Virus record (IMG/VR): IMGVR_UViG_3300021976_000001 | Strand: one strand, 5' to 3' | Length of the DNA stretch: 64,000 nt | Origin: a virus | Shown: positions 60,530 to 64,000 of the stretch, in pieces | How the letters are laid out: each line of letters opens with the position of its first letter | How positions within the stretch are numbered: position 1 is the first letter of the stretch | Made by a program: the position numbers and the translations under genes | Notes under the pieces: model-generated | The model's database searches: none | What the model was told of the DNA's origin: nothing | What the model saw: the letters and a program-made list of their open reading frames with translations, nothing else

Positions 60530-60943
60530 TTACTCCCGCTTGAACGGTGGCTCGGGTCTTTCCTGTTCCTGGAACTTACCAATTGACCGAATGTCCCGGA
60601 ACTTTTCAGGCTCCCCCAGATACCGTCTAAGAACGTTTAGGGCATTGCCCTTACGCAGAGCGGCTGTCTGGCCTTCCACCGCTTCCATGTCTGCTTCAAC
60701 AGTGCCGCCAAAGAACATACACGCTTGATCAAAGCACCAAGCGGCATACTCATCCTCAATGTGAAGCAGTTCACTTGGCTGTTTCATCCACTTTTGAGCC
60801 GCCTGATACGTCTGCCATAGCAGCCTCGTATTCCTTACGAAAGGTCTCCACCTCTTTGACACCTCCCATGGCCCACTGCATGACAAACATCTTGTCGTCC
60901 AGTTCGCATTCGTCCACGTACAGGACTTCTGGATCCCGAACAA
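60530..60943 (-). CDS. downstream tail-chaperone ORF (T-like part or independent 85-aa gene from 60787)
   Basis: Overlaps the 3' end of the 203-aa ORF in the +1 frame. Only the part after about 60787 looks protein-like. Confidence 0.4.
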   Translation of the reverse strand: MFGIQKSCTWTNANWTTRCLSCSGPWEVSKRWRPFVRNTRLLWQTYQAAQKWMKQPSELLHIEDEYAAWCFDQACMFFGGTVEADMEAVEGQTAALRKGNALNVLRRYLGEPEKFRDIRSIGKFQEQERPEPPFKRE

Positions 60944-61382
60944 CGTCCTTGTCTGTCACAACATCGTGGACGGTTTCCCCAGCTTCAACCACCACTGTGA
61001 CGATCTCCTCTTCATCCCCGTAAACCTGCGCTGTAGGCGACGGTTGAATGTTAGGAGACTTCACACAGGAGACGACAATAGCGTCGCAAAGCTGCATCAC
61101 CTGACCCAGCATTTTCAGGTCAGAGGCCATGTCTTTCATCTGCTTAGGGGCAAGACCCTGTGCCTGCGAGATCGCTGCATCCACAATAGGAAGCAACGAG
61201 TTGGGAATGGTGCCTTCCTGCATGAACACCTTCAGGCCCTTGTTGATGGCTAGACAGGTGTTGCCGCTGGGCAGCTCCAGGTACACCGGGTGCCGAGCTG
61301 AGGACTTCCATTCCGAAGCTGAAGTAGCCTTCTGGATATCGCCCTTCGGGGTGGTGCGCTTGCTGGGCTTGACTGGTGCCAT
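60771..61382 (-). CDS. tail assembly chaperone (G-like)
   Basis: Sits between the major tail and tape measure genes. Acidic. Confidence 0.55.
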   Translation of the reverse strand: MAPVKPSKRTTPKGDIQKATSASEWKSSARHPVYLELPSGNTCLAINKGLKVFMQEGTIPNSLLPIVDAAISQAQGLAPKQMKDMASDLKMLGQVMQLCDAIVVSCVKSPNIQPSPTAQVYGDEEEIVTVVVEAGETVHDVVTDKDVVRDPEVLYVDECELDDKMFVMQWAMGGVKEVETFRKEYEAAMADVSGGSKVDETAK

Positions 61383-61420
61383 GTTGGACTCCTAGGTCTC
61401 CTGGCTGGTGGGTTGCTGAA

Positions 61421-61981
61421 TTACGGAAGCGTGATGGGGGTTCCTGCAGGAGGCTCGTTGTAAACGAGATCGTACAGAGCGTCAATACTGGCAACCGCCT
61501 GGCTGGGGAAGGCAGTGCCACTGCACTTGGTGAGGTAGAAACCACCGTCGGTGAATTCGCCTTCAACATCGCCGGTAGTGCGGCAGCGATACAGCATGCA
61601 GTGCACATCGCCGCCCGTGTCACTGAAAGCCTGCCCCTCCACACGGAAGTACGGCCGTGCGTCGGTGGCCTTCTTGGTCACCTTTTTGATCTGGTTGGGT
61701 GTTGTACCCGTCTCGCTGAGAGTGCCGCCGACAATGGCCACGTATGCAGCCAGCTCAATGCCACCTGACTCCAGTTCCCATTGGATCTGAGGACCAGTAC
61801 CACGGGAAAGGATGACCTTGTCGTCACCACGAAGCTCCTCAAAGGACTCAGCCTCTGTGAACTTGAAGGTGCGGGCAGCCGGCAGATCAATGATCGTGCC
61901 CAGTGCCTCAGTCACCACGTTGGTGATGGGCTTGAGCTTGATGTCACGAATGCCGAATGGATACGCTACTCCGAGCGCCAT
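61421..61981 (-). CDS. major tail protein
   Basis: 186 aa. Strong GAAGGAGAA RBS. Position upstream of the chaperones. Confidence 0.6.
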   Translation of the reverse strand: MALGVAYPFGIRDIKLKPITNVVTEALGTIIDLPAARTFKFTEAESFEELRGDDKVILSRGTGPQIQWELESGGIELAAYVAIVGGTLSETGTTPNQIKKVTKKATDARPYFRVEGQAFSDTGGDVHCMLYRCRTTGDVEGEFTDGGFYLTKCSGTAFPSQAVASIDALYDLVYNEPPAGTPITLP

Positions 61982-62162
61982 TTCCGTTCTCCTTCACTGG
62001 ATCTGCGAAGCGCCTTGTATCTATCAGCTCTCCGGTTTGGACATTGAAGCGATGAAGAACAACGAGGCCAGGGCGCTTACCACAGAAGCGTGACTGACAA
62101 CCCAATTCAATCACGTTGCCGTCAATCTTTCCGTGAAGCTTCTTCTGGCATCGCAGTTCCAT
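61944..62162 (-). CDS. hypothetical protein (72 aa)
   Basis: ORF track. Confidence 0.4.
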   Translation of the reverse strand: MELRCQKKLHGKIDGNVIELGCQSRFCGKRPGLVVLHRFNVQTGELIDTRRFADPVKENGNGARSSVSIRHS

Positions 62163-62452
62163 TACGCCTTCTCAAACTCCCGAGTTCCGATCAGATAACC
62201 GGCAGCCTCAGGAGAAACGTGTGCGACCCACTTGTTGGAATGGTTGAAACTGACGTCGCCCTGACCCTCAATGCCGTGCCTGGTGAAGTCTTCCTCCACG
62301 AAGCTGCGCACACTGGCGTGGCCCAGGTACTTGATCTTGACGGTACCTTCAGGCGGCTCGCCATCACCTTCCACCTCATCAGCGGTAGCAGCCATCGCCA
62401 CATCCACCTCGTCATCCGGCACGCTTGTCGGCCGTGTCTTGCGCTCAGCCAT
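62162..62452 (-). CDS. hypothetical acidic protein (96 aa)
   Basis: ORF track. Confidence 0.45.
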   Translation of the reverse strand: MAERKTRPTSVPDDEVDVAMAATADEVEGDGEPPEGTVKIKYLGHASVRSFVEEDFTRHGIEGQGDVSFNHSNKWVAHVSPEAAGYLIGTREFEKA

Positions 62453-62864
62453 TGCCTTTCCTCCCTACAAGTTGGAAATCGGTTGTCTTGACTATGGTGC
62501 CGTAGCCCTCGTCGGCCTGGTCGCCGCTGTCAGCCATCCAACGACAGGCAATGGCACCAGCTTCGGCAACCGGTCCCGTATTGCCGTCAGGGCCACACAG
62601 GGCCTGTCTGACAGCCTGCCTGATCTGGTCTATGCGGTTGTACGTGCCCGGCTCGTCGTGAAACCAGAGGGTGGCGTCCTGCCGACTTACACCTGGGAAT
62701 TCGGGCACGTCCTGCCCCATCGTGATAACTATGAAGGGCTTTTTCGCAGGAGGAGCAGTGAGCGAGCCGGCACCGTAGATGCTTGCCTCGGGAACAAGCG
62801 CAACCACCGGACTCGTCAGCCGAAGCCGGTCGTACAGCCAGGTTCTCCAGAAGGAATCGTTCAT
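62445..62864 (-). CDS. tail terminator-like protein (139 aa)
   Basis: Called from position in the head-tail joining module only. Confidence 0.45.
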   Translation of the reverse strand: MNDSFWRTWLYDRLRLTSPVVALVPEASIYGAGSLTAPPAKKPFIVITMGQDVPEFPGVSRQDATLWFHDEPGTYNRIDQIRQAVRQALCGPDGNTGPVAEAGAIACRWMADSGDQADEGYGTIVKTTDFQLVGRKGNG

Positions 62865-63244
62865 CAGGTCACACCCCTGTACAGACCCCTAAGGGTTGTC
62901 ATGACCTTCTTGCCGGTTGTGTTGACAGTTGGAACGATGATCCTGTACTTGCCGCTGAAGCGAACTTCCAGCCAGATGCCGTAGGGCATGGTGTGGTACA
63001 GAACGATGCCCCTGGTAAGACCCTCCTTGAACACCTGGGCAAACAATCCGCCTCTAGCGTTACCGGTACGATCGGTCCAAGGCGCCTTTGTCCTCATCTG
63101 GTTCTGGGCATTTCCTGCGTGGTACTCCAGAACAGCTTCCACGTACTCGGGTGAAAGGGCGGCCGCTGTGGCGAGCTTCTTGGTGATGGGATTGTCCATG
63201 GTGACACCACCCGCACCGCCACCCGATGCGCTACGTGTCGGCAT
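62864..63244 (-). CDS. head-tail joining protein (HK97 gp10-like position)
   Basis: Position only. Confidence 0.45.
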   Translation of the reverse strand: MPTRSASGGGAGGVTMDNPITKKLATAAALSPEYVEAVLEYHAGNAQNQMRTKAPWTDRTGNARGGLFAQVFKEGLTRGIVLYHTMPYGIWLEVRFSGKYRIIVPTVNTTGKKVMTTLRGLYRGVT

Positions 63245-63596
63245 GCTTGATCACCTCGGCTGTGACGTCGTACTTGGCCTTGGTACGAATCACCTCGTAC
63301 TGAACCCCATCAATACGAACAAGATCACCTTCCTGGATATCCCCGCCCAGCAGGAACACCAGCACCGAATTAGCAACCACCACTCGCCCGTCTGGGAGCG
63401 TGCGCTGATTCGTGTCGTTGACGTTGCCCCGTAGTACCTGCCGACACTGCTGAACCGGCAAATAGGCCACGTGCTGCCACTGCCAGCCACCACCACCCAC
63501 CGTGGTCCGCTTGCGCCGTTCCACAACTGCGTTTGACGGGTCCTCGTCAATGAACGCCTGTGTACTGGCGTCGTGCACGCTGGCGACGTTGCTCAT
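63231..63596 (-). CDS. head closure / head-tail adaptor candidate
   Basis: Position only. Confidence 0.45.
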   Translation of the reverse strand: MSNVASVHDASTQAFIDEDPSNAVVERRKRTTVGGGGWQWQHVAYLPVQQCRQVLRGNVNDTNQRTLPDGRVVVANSVLVFLLGGDIQEGDLVRIDGVQYEVIRTKAKYDVTAEVIKHADT

Positions 63597-63907
63597 CGTA
63601 TCCGCTCAATCACGTGTACCTGAGCAGGCCCAAAGGTGCCGTCGTCAGTACCGCCCGCCTTCTCGTACTGTGCCGCCTGCAACAAAGCTGCCTTGTGAAG
63701 ATCGCTGAGCTTGCGGCTAGCGCCCGCTTCGCTAGTGTCAACCAGATCGGCGTACTTCGCAGCCTTCTTGCGCCAGATGACGGCCGAGGCGAGATCAACG
63801 CTCCCTGTGCTTGTGATGAGTTCGTTGATGTCCTCATCGGTCCAAGGTGTCGCAGCATGTTCGTTGGTGTTCTCCCGAACAGCGATGATCTCGCTCGGCG
63901 TAGCCAT
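63593..63907 (-). CDS. head-tail connector candidate
   Basis: Position only. Confidence 0.45.
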   Translation of the reverse strand: MATPSEIIAVRENTNEHAATPWTDEDINELITSTGSVDLASAVIWRKKAAKYADLVDTSEAGASRKLSDLHKAALLQAAQYEKAGGTDDGTFGPAQVHVIERIR

Positions 63908-64000
63908 CAGGTATCAGCCTCGTCGTCTTCCACGAGGACAGTGACAAGCTCGTCGTGCTTGCCGGTGAGCTTGAGCTGGTCGCCCGCTTCCCGCAGTTCG
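63907..64000 (-). CDS. partial CDS (C-terminus only)
   Basis: The frame ending ...HDELVTVLVEDDEADT-stop overlaps the next ATG (TGATG). Confidence 0.35.
   Translation of the reverse strand, partial: ELREAGDQLKLTGKHDELVTVLVEDDEADT

Overview
The window looks like a near-complete siphovirus-type actinobacteriophage genome, shown in a circularly permuted arrangement. Support for an actinobacterial host comes from a DUF397/BldB-like gene, leaderless-type promoters and a G/C-rich third codon position. GC looks moderately high but I did not compute it.

Almost every gene is on the minus strand. Genes are tightly packed and often share ATGA, GTGA or TGATG stop/start overlaps.

Reading the minus strand from 64000 down to 1:
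- Head-tail connector genes, major tail protein, tail chaperones, tape measure protein and three minor tail proteins.
- Amidase endolysin and holin.
- About 1 kb that is ORF-free and hairpin-rich, carrying tRNA-like elements (49991-51036).
- A long early/DNA-metabolism block. It includes an HTH protein with a basic tail, a DUF2786-like protein, a SprT-like protease, a Myb-like protein, a GNAT, an SNF2 helicase and a Lys/Ala-rich DNA-binding protein. It also has a RecB/Cas4-like nuclease, a Sak4-like ATPase, an SSB-like protein, an FAD oxidoreductase, a HAD deoxyribonucleotidase and a DnaE polymerase carrying an HNH intein. Further along are an SDR, a deoxyribosyltransferase-like protein, a ThyX-like protein, a Toprim primase/helicase and a RuvC-like resolvase.
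- A cluster of exported and membrane proteins.
- A 1167-aa protein with about 18 tandem 20-residue repeats.
- Terminase large subunit, portal and MuF-like protein.

No integrase, reverse transcriptase or CRISPR array was seen.

The most interesting observations are:
1. A 72-nt circularly permuted tRNA-like module (50178-50249). It keeps all the universal tRNA core nucleotides, has a capped acceptor stem with G3:U70/A73, and lacks an anticodon loop. It abuts a degenerate tRNA-like element inside the structured non-coding region.
2. The only convincing plus-strand unit (16189-16826). It consists of two high-GC3 ORFs, each preceded by a copy of a ~55-bp promoter-like repeat placed for leaderless translation, and it ends in an intrinsic terminator.
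3. An HNH intein in DnaE beside the classical FNKSH site, with a non-canonical C-terminal junction (KN/N, so no Cys/Ser/Thr at +1).
4. A set of nucleotide-metabolism genes flanking the polymerase, including a ThyX whose signature motif deviates from consensus.

All functional calls rest on motifs read by eye; no database search was possible.
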